A DNA stretch of 64,000 nucleotides from Acidimicrobiales bacterium (GTDB lineage: Bacteria; Actinomycetota; Acidimicrobiia; Acidimicrobiales; Aldehydirespiratoraceae). The number at the start of each line of letters is the position of its first letter. Position 1 is the first letter of the stretch. Both the position numbers and the translations under genes were made by a program. Shown here piece by piece: positions 54,678 to 63,695 of the stretch. Under the pieces are notes generated by a model, which searched no databases, had not been told where the DNA came from, and saw nothing but the letters and a program-made list of their open reading frames with translations. The stretch spans positions 3,550,263 through 3,614,262 of the forward strand of contig JAWPML010000001.1 of NCBI GenBank assembly GCA_033344915.1. The letters are read 5' to 3'.

Positions 54678-55595
54678 ATGTGGGTCGACCTCCAGGTACG
54701 CCATCTCCTCGCCCTGCGCGCCGTCGCCGAGGAGGGCACGTTCTCGGCGGCCGCCGCCCGTCTCGGCTTCAGCCAGTCGGCCGTCTCGCAGCAGATCGGC
54801 AGCCTCGAGAAGATCGTCGGTCACCGCCTCGTCGAACGCTCGGCCGGCCCCCAGCCGTCCGCGCTCACCACGATGGGCCGGGTCGTGCTGGACCATGCCG
54901 ACACCATGCTGGAGTGCATCGTCGCGGCCGAACACGAGGTCTCGCGCTTCGCCGCCGGCCTCACCGGGCGCCTGCGGGTCGGCACCTTCCAGTCCGTCGC
55001 CACCCGCCTGTTGCCCATCGCTTTGCAACAGCTGCGGTCCGAGTCGCCCGACGTCGAGGTCGAGCTCGTCGAGGAGGACCTGGACCTCGACCTCCGACTC
55101 GGAATGCTCGACCGCGGCGAGCTCGATCTGACCTTCGTCGAGTCGGATGTGGACGATCGGTTCGAGATCGACGTGCTCGGCGAGGATCCCCACGTGCTCG
55201 TCGCCCCCCGTGACTTCCCCGAAGGGCCGCTGGACCTCCACCTCCTCGCCGACCACCCGATGGTCGGAGAGCCGCCGGGGGGTGCGTGCGGGCTCCACGC
55301 CGTCCAGACCCTCGAGCGCTACGGCGTCACCCCGCGCTATGTCTTCCGCAGCCACGACAACGGCACCCTCCAGCGCATGGTCTCCGCCGGCATCGGGGTC
55401 GCCATCATGGCGCTGCTGTCGGTCGACCAGTCCGACGACTCGATCGTGATCCGCTCCACCACACCGCCCATCCCGCCGCGCACGCTCGCGTTGGCCTGGA
55501 AGCGCGGTGCGGATCTGCCACCCACGGCGGCGCGGTTCCGTGAGATCATGCACGACGTCTGCCGTCAGGAGCTTGCCGGCGTCCCGGTCGGCTGA
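54678..55595 (+). CDS. LysR-family transcriptional regulator
   Basis: LQVRHLLALRAVAEEGTFSAAAARLGFSQSAVSQQIGSLE is an HTH, followed by a LysR substrate-binding domain. Confidence 0.88.
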   Translation: MWVDLQVRHLLALRAVAEEGTFSAAAARLGFSQSAVSQQIGSLEKIVGHRLVERSAGPQPSALTTMGRVVLDHADTMLECIVAAEHEVSRFAAGLTGRLRVGTFQSVATRLLPIALQQLRSESPDVEVELVEEDLDLDLRLGMLDRGELDLTFVESDVDDRFEIDVLGEDPHVLVAPRDFPEGPLDLHLLADHPMVGEPPGGACGLHAVQTLERYGVTPRYVFRSHDNGTLQRMVSAGIGVAIMALLSVDQSDDSIVIRSTTPPIPPRTLALAWKRGADLPPTAARFREIMHDVCRQELAGVPVG

Positions 55596-55626
55596 GGGGC
55601 GAGTTGCGGACGTGTAGCGTGCGCGG

Positions 55627-56736
55627 ATGGTCAAGGCTGCCGTCTGCCGCGAGTTCGGCGCACCGCTCTGCGTCGAGGACATCATCGTCGCGTCGCCCGG
55701 TCCCGGCCAGGTCAAGGTGGCCGTCGACGCGTGCGCGATCTGCCACTCCGACATCCATTTCATCGATGGCGCCTGGGGCGGGGCCCTCCCCGCGATCTAT
55801 GGGCACGAAGCGGCGGGCACGGTGTCCGAGGTCGGCGACGGCGTCGACACCGTGGCGGTCGGCGATCGGGTCGTCGTCTCGCTGATCCGCAGCTGCGGGT
55901 CGTGCCCGGGATGTGCGAAGGGCATGCCGGTCACCTGCACCGGCCGCTTCTCGATCGACCGCACCCGTCCGCTCACCGATGCCAACGGCGACACCCTCGT
56001 GCACGGACTCAAGACCGGCACCTTCGCCGAGGAGGCGCTCGTCGATCAGTCACAGGTGGTGCCCGTGCCGGCGGACATCCCGATGACCAGTGCGGCCCTG
56101 CTCGGCTGCGGCGTGATCACGGGATTCGGCGCAGTCACCAACACGGCACGGATGGAAGCGGGCGCGGACGTCGCCGTGATCGGCTGCGGTGGCGTCGGCC
56201 TCAACGCGGTCCAGGGCGCCGCGATCGCGGGCGCCGCGCAGGTGATCGCGATCGACATCGCAGCCGACAAGCTCGATGCCGCCCGGGAGTTCGGGGCGAC
56301 CGCCGGCGTGTCGGCGGCGGCGGACGACGTCGCCGCCCAGGTTCGCTCGCTCACCGACGGCGCTGGCGTCGACTATGTGTTCGTCACCGTGGGGGCGAAG
56401 CCGGCGATCGAGCAGGCGTTCTCGCTGCTCGCGCCGGGCGGGGCTGTCGTGCTCGTCGGCATGACCGCAACCGGGGTGATGGTGGAGGTGGACGCCACGG
56501 ACATCGCCGGCAACAGCCAGCGCGTCCTCGGGTCGAAGATGGGCGGCGGTCGGCTGCCGATCGACATCCCGCTGCTCGTCTCGCTGTACCAGAGCGGGCG
56601 ATTGAAGCTCGACGAACTGGTGTCGAAGACCTTCCCGATCGAGGACATCAACGAGGCGATCAACGAGGTGAAGCGGGGCGAGGCGCGCCGCAACGTGATC
56701 GTGTTCGACCGCTCGGCACCCGGAGCCACCCCGTGA
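55627..56736 (+). CDS. Zinc-dependent alcohol dehydrogenase (MDR family)
   Basis: CAICHSDIHF, GHEAAGTV, and the structural Zn Cys cluster CGSCPGCAKG. Confidence 0.88.
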   Translation: MVKAAVCREFGAPLCVEDIIVASPGPGQVKVAVDACAICHSDIHFIDGAWGGALPAIYGHEAAGTVSEVGDGVDTVAVGDRVVVSLIRSCGSCPGCAKGMPVTCTGRFSIDRTRPLTDANGDTLVHGLKTGTFAEEALVDQSQVVPVPADIPMTSAALLGCGVITGFGAVTNTARMEAGADVAVIGCGGVGLNAVQGAAIAGAAQVIAIDIAADKLDAAREFGATAGVSAAADDVAAQVRSLTDGAGVDYVFVTVGAKPAIEQAFSLLAPGGAVVLVGMTATGVMVEVDATDIAGNSQRVLGSKMGGGRLPIDIPLLVSLYQSGRLKLDELVSKTFPIEDINEAINEVKRGEARRNVIVFDRSAPGATP

Positions 56737-57947
56737 AGATCGAGTCGTTCGAGACGTTCGTGGTCGCCAACCCGCCGCCGTCGATGGGCGGGCGCTACTT
56801 CATCTTCGTGAAGCTCGTCACCGACGACGGCATCGTCGGCTACGGCGAGGTCTACACGGCCACGTTCAGCCCCGACGTCGTGGCCCGCATGACCGAGGAC
56901 GTCTGCGAGCGCCACATCGTCGGCAACGATCCCCATCACATCGAGCGCATGTGGCGGGAGGTCTACGGCGCCGGCTACACGCTGCGGCCGGACATCTCGC
57001 TCGGGTCGGTCCTCAGCGGGATCGAGTGTGCCCTGTGGGACATCGTCGGCAAGGCCCACGGCGTCCCGGTGTACGAGTTGCTCGGCGGGCGGGTCCACGA
57101 TCGGCTGCGGGCCTACACCTACCTCTACCCGGCCCCGGCCGAGGCGATGGATGTCTACGAGTATGGCCATCCCGTCTACACGGACCCCGCCGTCGCCGCG
57201 GCGCGAGCGGCCGAGGAGGTCGAACGGCTGGGCTTCACCGCCGTGAAGTTCGACCCGGCCGGGCCCTACACGGTCTACGACGGCCACATGCCCCCGCTCG
57301 AGACGATCGAGCGCTCGGCGAACTTCTGTGCCGCGATCCGTGAGGCGGTCGGGACCAAGGCGGATCTGCTGTTCGGCACCCACGGCCAGTTCACCGCCGC
57401 CGGGGCGATCCGGCTTGCCAAGGCGATCGAGCCCTACGACCCGCTGTGGTTCGAGGAGCCGGTGCCGCCGGAGAACGTGGACGAGATGGCCCGCGTCGCG
57501 CGGGGCACCTCCATCCCCGTCGCCACCGGCGAGCGGCTGACGACGAAGTGGGAGTTCGCCCGCGTGGTCGAGGCCGGCGCGGCCGCGATCCTGCAACCGG
57601 CCCTCGGACGCTGCGGCGGCATCCTCGAAGCGAAGAAGATCGCGGCCATCGCCGAGACCCACTACGTCCAGATGGCGCCCCATCTCTACTGCGGACCGAT
57701 CGAGGCACTCGCCAACATCCAGTTCGCCACCTGCACGCCGAACTTCCTGATCCTCGAAGCGATCCGCGACTTCGGCGGGTTCCACAACGAACTCCTGACG
57801 AACCCGATCGAGCTCGTCGACGGCTACGTCATCCCCCCGACGGAGCCCGGCATCGGCGCCGCCCTCAGCGAGGACGTCGCCCGCGCCCACCCCTGGACCG
57901 GCACCCACCTCCACCTCGAACCGAAGACCACCCCCGAAACCCCCTGA
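56733..57947 (+). CDS. Mandelate racemase/muconate lactonizing enzyme (enolase superfamily; sugar-acid dehydratase-like)
   Basis: (V)KIESFETFVV...SGIECALWDIVGKAHGVPVYELLGG...FEEP...ATGER; GTGA overlap with the ADH. Confidence 0.8.
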   Translation: MKIESFETFVVANPPPSMGGRYFIFVKLVTDDGIVGYGEVYTATFSPDVVARMTEDVCERHIVGNDPHHIERMWREVYGAGYTLRPDISLGSVLSGIECALWDIVGKAHGVPVYELLGGRVHDRLRAYTYLYPAPAEAMDVYEYGHPVYTDPAVAAARAAEEVERLGFTAVKFDPAGPYTVYDGHMPPLETIERSANFCAAIREAVGTKADLLFGTHGQFTAAGAIRLAKAIEPYDPLWFEEPVPPENVDEMARVARGTSIPVATGERLTTKWEFARVVEAGAAAILQPALGRCGGILEAKKIAAIAETHYVQMAPHLYCGPIEALANIQFATCTPNFLILEAIRDFGGFHNELLTNPIELVDGYVIPPTEPGIGAALSEDVARAHPWTGTHLHLEPKTTPETP

Positions 57948-57984
57948 CGCCCACTAGCTCGACCCCCACGCGCTCGACCCCCAC

Positions 57985-58113
57985 GAGCAATCTCTGGTCA
58001 CGAAAGGGTCGAGTTTGGGCCCGAAATGCGCCGATCCGAGCAATCTCTGGTCACGAAAGGGTCGAATCAGCGGGGCCGCAGGTCGCGGCAACGACCCTTT
58101 CGTGACCAGAGAT
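57985..58113. repeat. Direct + inverted copies of a 22-28-bp motif (atctctggtcacgaaagggtcg)
   Basis: Direct copies at 57985..58012 and 58038..58065; a perfect inverted copy at 58092..58113 gives a 22-bp stem with the second direct copy. Confidence 0.8.
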
Positions 58114-58171
58114 CCTTCTTGTGGGGCGGCGGCGGGCGGGCCGGGCGGGGCGGAGATCCCTCGGGGCCGGG

Positions 58172-58954
58172 TCAGGACTCGGTGCGGCGCACGAAGACGG
58201 GGCGGTCGGTCTGGCTGCGCTCGGGGTCGTAGCGATAGCCGTCCTCGGAGAAGTCGAGGAGCGCCCGGGGGGACTTGATCCGGTTGCGGATGATCCAGCC
58301 GCTCATCGTGCCGCGGGCCCGCTTGGCGAAGAAGCTGATGATCTTGGGCTCGGCGTCGTCCTTGGCATCGAGGAAGACCGGGCTGACCAGGCGGCCGTCG
58401 AGCTTCTCGGCGACGACCGCGTTGAAGTACTCGTTGGACGCGAGGTTGATGAGCGCCTGCGAGCCGGGTGACTCGGCGAGGTCGGCGTTGATCAGGTTCG
58501 TGATCGTGTCGCCCCAGAACGAGTAGAGGTCCTTGCCCCGCTTGGTGGTGACCCGTGACCCCATTTCGAGCCGATAGGGCTGCATGAGATCGAGTGGCCG
58601 CAGCACGCCGTAGAGCCCGGACAGGATGCGCAGCACCTTCTGGGCGTGGGTGAAGTCGCGCTCGCTGAACGTGGCCGCCTGCATCCCCATGTAGACGTCG
58701 CCCGTGAAGGCGAGCACCGCGGGACGGGCATTGTCGGGCGTGAAGGGTGTCTCGAAGTCCTGGAACCGTTCGTGGTTCAGCTCACCGAGCGACTCGGAGA
58801 CGCTCATCATCTCGGAGATCTCGTCCGGCGACTTGTCGGACATCACGTCGACGAGCTCTTCGGCGCCGTCGAGCAGGCGGGGTTCCGAGTACTTCTTGGT
58901 GGGCAGCTTCGATTCGAAGTCGAGCGACTTGGCGGGGGAGACGACGATCAGCAC
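58172..58954 (-). CDS. yaaA: Peroxide stress protein YaaA (UPF0246/DUF328)
   Basis: MLIVVSPAKSLDF...LAFTGDVY...LRILSGLYGVLRPLD. Confidence 0.88.
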   Translation of the reverse strand: MLIVVSPAKSLDFESKLPTKKYSEPRLLDGAEELVDVMSDKSPDEISEMMSVSESLGELNHERFQDFETPFTPDNARPAVLAFTGDVYMGMQAATFSERDFTHAQKVLRILSGLYGVLRPLDLMQPYRLEMGSRVTTKRGKDLYSFWGDTITNLINADLAESPGSQALINLASNEYFNAVVAEKLDGRLVSPVFLDAKDDAEPKIISFFAKRARGTMSGWIIRNRIKSPRALLDFSEDGYRYDPERSQTDRPVFVRRTES

Positions 58955-58987
58955 GGTTCTGTTCTACCAGCGAGGCGCGTGGGAACG

Positions 58988-61900
58988 TCAGCCGTCGCAG
59001 GGGCCGACCGTGTGCTTCTGCATGAAGTCGACCAGTCGCTGGCTCGACTTCTGCACGCGGTTGGCGACGGTGCGGGTGCGGCCCTCGACGTCCTGTTGCA
59101 CGTTGTCGGCCGGCGTGTAGTCCTGCGAGTGCTGCGCCCCGCCGATGACCGGGTCGGCCATGTTGATGTCGAGGATGTGTTCCACGCATCGCATCACGCC
59201 GTTCTCGCACTTCCAGATGGCGACCCAGGTGAGGTCACACTGCTGGCTGACGTAGCCCCACTCGGCCCGGAAGCTCACGTGGTTGGCCTGGATCCAGCGG
59301 CTGAACGCGCCGATGATCGACGATCCGACGGCGGCCGCGCCCTCCAGGGCGACGACCGGCACCTGGAAGATGCTCGTCGGGATGTCGATACCGAGCTCCT
59401 CGCCGGCCACCGTGGCGCCGCCCGAAACCCCGGCCTCCACCGCGTCGCTCACGCCCCGACTCACGGTTCCCTTGATCGCGCCGCCGACGCTGATCGCGGC
59501 CGACCCGGTGGCGAACATGTCGCGGTACCAGGCCAGTTCGCCCGAGATCCGCTGCCCCTCGTGCACGCCCTCGGCGCCGTCGGGCATGACCGTGCACCAG
59601 TAGTTGATCAGCACCCGCTCGCTGAACGTGTCGATCACCCGTCGCTCGATGTTGCCCTCCGGGAAGCAGCCGCCGTCGCAGTCCTCACCGGTGCCCTCCG
59701 GGCCACCCCACTTCGTGCCCGGGCCGTCCTTCAGGCCGAGGCACTCGTCCAGGGCGCGCTTCCACTCGGCCGCGCGTGCCTCGGCGTCGTCGGCCTCCTG
59801 GTCGGCCTTGTCCGCCGCTTCCCGGGCGTCGCGGGCCTCCTGCTCCGCCTTCTCGGCCGCCTCGTCGGCCTCGTTCATCTCCTTTTCGGCGTCGTTCAGT
59901 GCCTGCTCGGCGTCCTCGAGCTTCTTCTGCTTCGCCGCCTGGTCCATGTCGTCGGCTTCGCGGCGTTGATCGCGGGCGCCCGGCTCGTCGAGGTCCTCCC
60001 AGTCCTGCTCGGTCTGCTCGGCGGACTCCTGTGACGGGTCGTCGCGATAGCGGTCCCATGCCTCGCCCGCGGCCTCGCGCCGCAGCCGGAGATCGCGCGA
60101 CGTGATGCGCTCGCCGGTCTCGCTGTCCTCGATCCAGCTGTCGTCCTCGTTGGGCGGCGGACGGTCGCGGTCGCGCTCCGCCTTGTCACGGTCGTTCTTC
60201 GCTTTCTCGGCGCGCTCGCCGGCGTCGTTCGCGTCGTTGCGGGCGTCGTTCGCCTTCTGTTCGGCTTCGTTGGCCTCCGTCTCCGCCCGCTCGGCTTCGG
60301 CGCGCTTCGCCTCGGCCTCCGCCTTCGCCGCCTCGTAGGCGCGGCGGATGCGATCGCAGGGACCCTCGCCCACCGGGGCCGTGGTCGCGACCGTCGGGCC
60401 GCCGCTCGTCGTCGTGGGCGGCGGCGCAGTGGTGGGTGGTGCAGTGCCGCCGCCGTCCTCCTCCTTGCCGGCGCCGTCGTCACCGGTGCGGCTCACGAAG
60501 TAGCCACCGACCACCACGATCGCGCCGGTGATCAGCGAGATCCACGGCCAGAGCGGAGCGTCGGTCTCCGTGGTCCCTTCGGATTCGGACCCGTCGGTCG
60601 TGGTGCTGTCGGACGAGCCGCCGTCGGCGTCGCCGTCCGTACCGGAGTCGGAACCGGGACTGTCGGACCCCGTGCTGTCGGACCCCGTGCTGTCGGATCC
60701 CGTGCTGTCGGTGCTGGTCGCGGTGTCGTCACCGCCGTCGCTCGTGCCGTCCGTTCCGGTCTCGACCAGATCGTCGAACCAGCCGGTGATCCCGGCCTGC
60801 AGGTCGTCGAGGTACGCCGAGTCGATCCTCGAGATGTAGTTGCACTCGAGTTCGCCGGCGAAGTAGTCGTAGCGGCCCTCGGGTCCGAGCATGTACCGCT
60901 CCCGGTAGCCGGACCCCTCGCCGGTCGTCTCGATGGAGAACCCGTCGGTGAGGGTCGCGATGCCGAAGGAGAGCTGCCCGGAATCAAACTGGTAGAGCGA
61001 GACATCGAGCGCGTCGGATCTCGCGTCGCTCGGCATGCCCGCGTAGAGCTCGTAGGTGGTGGTCCACTCGTCGACACAGGAGCCGCTGTCGGTGCCGTCG
61101 AGGGTGTGGGTGACGGGGAAGGCGAACGGGTCGTACGCCGACATCACCGGCGTGCCGACGAGGTACGGCGGGTTCGCCTCCGTCATCTCGGGCACGTGGG
61201 GGTGCGACGTCGCGATCGTGTTGTCGGGCTGGTAGCCGCCGCTGGCCGGGGTGGTGAAGGCGAACGAGCGGTAACTCGTCGCCCCGGCCATCTCGGACCC
61301 GTCGGTGATGCCGATGAAGATGTCGTCGAAGATCAAGCCGACGGTGCTGGTCGGCATCGGGGCGAACTGGCTGCCGCCGTTCACGAAGTGGGCGATGTGC
61401 CAGTACGGATCGCAGCGCAGCACCCACGCGTGGGATGCGCCGCCGAAGAGGTCGTAGACCGCGGCGGGCGAGGGCCACGGCTCGCCGCCCATGTTCAGTG
61501 TCGTCAGCCCCAACTCGTGGATCTGTCCGTCGCACTCGCCGTTCAGTGGGAGCCCACCCATGATCCGGCCGCCCCAGATGTCGACGACCCCGCTCGGGAA
61601 CATGCCGTTCTCCGGGGGGACGCCGATCACCGGCCGGTCGAACAGCGTGCCCGGCGTCATCGGATCGAAGTCGAGATCGAGCCCCGACCACGCGGTGTCA
61701 CCTCCTTCGAATCCACTGTTCGGCATCACCGGGGCGAACCGATCGAACACCGCCGATCGAGCGCCGTTGAGAACCGTCGTGGTGTCGGCGTCGTCGAACC
61801 CGAAGCGGTGGAGGTCGACGCCGTCGAAGTCCGGCGTGCCGTCGAAGTCCAGATCGTTGAACACCGCCATGTCGCCGATGTTGGTGCGGAAGTGGAACGT

Positions 61901-62155
61901 GTCGGTGAGCGTTGCCTGCCCGGTGTCGTCGTTCGTCGGCGCGCCGAACGGTGAGAACGGCTCGAGTTCTCCGGCTTCGGCGATGAGGTCCGAGCGACCG
62001 CTGGCGAGCGATTCCAGCACGTCGAACAGCCCGGCGCCCTGCTGTCCCCCCGTGTCCGGAGCCCCGGCCTGGCTCGCCGCGCCGAGCGAGGCCAGCCCGA
62101 GGCTGGCGAGCAGCGTGGCGATGGTGAACAGCGAGAGCCCGACGCGAGGACGCAT
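58988..62155 (-). CDS. Orphan 1055-aa bitopic protein: signal peptide, large extracytoplasmic domain, S/T/D linker, TM, charged coiled coil, Cys-containing C-terminal domain
   Basis: Start chosen at MRPRVGLSLFTIATLLASLGLASLGAASQA. TM is LWPWISLITGAIVVVGGYFV. About 250 aa are E/A/K/D/R-rich. The upstream 257 codons of the track ORF overlap the divergent gene and are rejected. Confidence 0.6.
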   Translation of the reverse strand: MRPRVGLSLFTIATLLASLGLASLGAASQAGAPDTGGQQGAGLFDVLESLASGRSDLIAEAGELEPFSPFGAPTNDDTGQATLTDTFHFRTNIGDMAVFNDLDFDGTPDFDGVDLHRFGFDDADTTTVLNGARSAVFDRFAPVMPNSGFEGGDTAWSGLDLDFDPMTPGTLFDRPVIGVPPENGMFPSGVVDIWGGRIMGGLPLNGECDGQIHELGLTTLNMGGEPWPSPAAVYDLFGGASHAWVLRCDPYWHIAHFVNGGSQFAPMPTSTVGLIFDDIFIGITDGSEMAGATSYRSFAFTTPASGGYQPDNTIATSHPHVPEMTEANPPYLVGTPVMSAYDPFAFPVTHTLDGTDSGSCVDEWTTTYELYAGMPSDARSDALDVSLYQFDSGQLSFGIATLTDGFSIETTGEGSGYRERYMLGPEGRYDYFAGELECNYISRIDSAYLDDLQAGITGWFDDLVETGTDGTSDGGDDTATSTDSTGSDSTGSDSTGSDSPGSDSGTDGDADGGSSDSTTTDGSESEGTTETDAPLWPWISLITGAIVVVGGYFVSRTGDDGAGKEEDGGGTAPPTTAPPPTTTSGGPTVATTAPVGEGPCDRIRRAYEAAKAEAEAKRAEAERAETEANEAEQKANDARNDANDAGERAEKAKNDRDKAERDRDRPPPNEDDSWIEDSETGERITSRDLRLRREAAGEAWDRYRDDPSQESAEQTEQDWEDLDEPGARDQRREADDMDQAAKQKKLEDAEQALNDAEKEMNEADEAAEKAEQEARDAREAADKADQEADDAEARAAEWKRALDECLGLKDGPGTKWGGPEGTGEDCDGGCFPEGNIERRVIDTFSERVLINYWCTVMPDGAEGVHEGQRISGELAWYRDMFATGSAAISVGGAIKGTVSRGVSDAVEAGVSGGATVAGEELGIDIPTSIFQVPVVALEGAAAVGSSIIGAFSRWIQANHVSFRAEWGYVSQQCDLTWVAIWKCENGVMRCVEHILDINMADPVIGGAQHSQDYTPADNVQQDVEGRTRTVANRVQKSSQRLVDFMQKHTVGPCDG

Positions 62156-62221
62156 CCGCGTGTCCTTTCCGACAAGTGGTTGCCCCACCAGTCTCGCCCA
62201 TCGCCGGACCCGACACCGGGA

Positions 62222-62869
62222 ATGGACAAGACTGGGGGAATGGACCGCCAAACGATCGGTAAGGCAGCGATGGCGCTCGGCGCTCTGCTGATCCTGATCG
62301 GGATCGCCGGTCTCCTGTTCGCCGGCGGCTCCACCTCCACGGTCGTCGCCGACGCGGACGGCACGGATGACGCGGACCCGGCCGCCTCCTCGACCTCCTC
62401 GTCGACGACCAGCACCACATCGACCAGCACCACGTCGACCACGACGACGACCACCACCAGCACGACGTCGACCACCACCACGACAACGACGACGACCACG
62501 ACAACGACCCCGCCGGCCGGGGAATCGGTCGTGGAGTTCTTCGACCTCCTGCTCGGCGCCTTCGCCTCGGGCGACGCCGACACGCTGTTCGCCCGACTCA
62601 ACCAGGCCACGCTCGATCGGTACGGCGTCGACCAGTGCGAGACCTACATCGGCCAGGTCGCGGGCACGGCCCAGGACCTCGAGCTGGTGTCGTCGGAGGA
62701 GATCGGCGACTGGGAGTACGCCACCGACGAGGTGACCTCCACCGTCACCGGCACAACGGCCGTGTCGGTCGTGCGCACGCTCGGCGATCAGACCATCGAC
62801 CAGACCCTGCACTGGAAGCGGGTCGACGGGGTCTTCACCTGGTTCACCGACTGCGGCGTCCCCGCGTAG
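62222..62869 (+). CDS. Hypothetical membrane-anchored protein with a ~50-residue S/T linker
   Basis: TM (AAMALGALLILIGIAGLLFAG), a poly-Ser/Thr run, and a ~120-aa globular C-terminus. Start ambiguous (62180, 62222 or 62240). Confidence 0.5.
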   Translation: MDKTGGMDRQTIGKAAMALGALLILIGIAGLLFAGGSTSTVVADADGTDDADPAASSTSSSTTSTTSTSTTSTTTTTTTSTTSTTTTTTTTTTTTTPPAGESVVEFFDLLLGAFASGDADTLFARLNQATLDRYGVDQCETYIGQVAGTAQDLELVSSEEIGDWEYATDEVTSTVTGTTAVSVVRTLGDQTIDQTLHWKRVDGVFTWFTDCGVPA

Positions 62870-62912
62870 GGATTGGGTCGTAGGGATTGCGTCACGCCAT
62901 CGTGCGTGCACC

Positions 62913-63689
62913 ATGATCTCCGCCATGGGAGATCAGTTGGCAGGACGGCGCGTACTCGTGGTCGGGGCGTCTTCGGGAATCGGTGCGGCGCTCGCCAAGG
63001 CCGTGGTCGCGGCGGGTGGTGACGTCACCGTCTCGGCTCGTCGGGCCGACGCGCTCGATGCGCTCGTGGAGAACATGGGCGGCGGCCACGCGGTCGCCGG
63101 TGATGCCGCGGTGCGGGCGGACGCGGAACGAGTGGCGGCGACCGCCGCCGAGCGGATGGGCGGGATCGATCTGTTCGTCTATGTCGCCGGCTACGGACCG
63201 CTCCAGCGCATCGCGGAATGCGACCCGGATCTCTGGTCCGACGTGTACCGGGTGAACGTGTGCGGCGCGAACCTCGCGGCCGGTGCCGCGTTGGCGCACA
63301 TGGACCGCGACGGTATCTGCGCGTTCGTCTCCTCGCGGACGGTGGAGGACGCCCACCCGATGTTCGGGGCCTACTCGTCGACGAAGGCGGCGCTCGACCA
63401 GTGCATTCGTGTGTGGCGCCACGAGTACCCCGACCAGCGCTTCATCCGCGTCGTGATGGGCAACTGTGGCCCGACCGACTTCGCCAACCACATGAACCTC
63501 GAACTCATCGGCGAAGCGCTCACCCGATGGGGTGAACTCGCGATTCCGGGCGGGATGATGGACGTCGACGACGTCGGCGCGAGCCTGGCGGAGTCACTCG
63601 CCGTCGCCCTCGATCACCCCGACATCGACAGCAGCGAGATCAAGCTCGACGCCCGCCCCGAGAACGGCGCCGTCCTCGGCCCGTCCTGA
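62913..63689 (+). CDS. Short-chain dehydrogenase/reductase (SDR)
   Basis: VLVVGASSGIGAAL (TGxxxGxG-type) and YSSTKAAL (YxxxK). The start may be the ATG at 62925. Confidence 0.8.
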   Translation: MISAMGDQLAGRRVLVVGASSGIGAALAKAVVAAGGDVTVSARRADALDALVENMGGGHAVAGDAAVRADAERVAATAAERMGGIDLFVYVAGYGPLQRIAECDPDLWSDVYRVNVCGANLAAGAALAHMDRDGICAFVSSRTVEDAHPMFGAYSSTKAALDQCIRVWRHEYPDQRFIRVVMGNCGPTDFANHMNLELIGEALTRWGELAIPGGMMDVDDVGASLAESLAVALDHPDIDSSEIKLDARPENGAVLGPS

Positions 63690-63695
63690 CGCTCC

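Noticed and set aside
62156-62926. Upstream 257 codons of the 1312-aa track ORF (58988..62926)
   Set aside because: This extension is Arg/Gly-rich and overlaps the divergent + strand gene and the SDR start. An internal Met at 62155 gives a textbook signal peptide.
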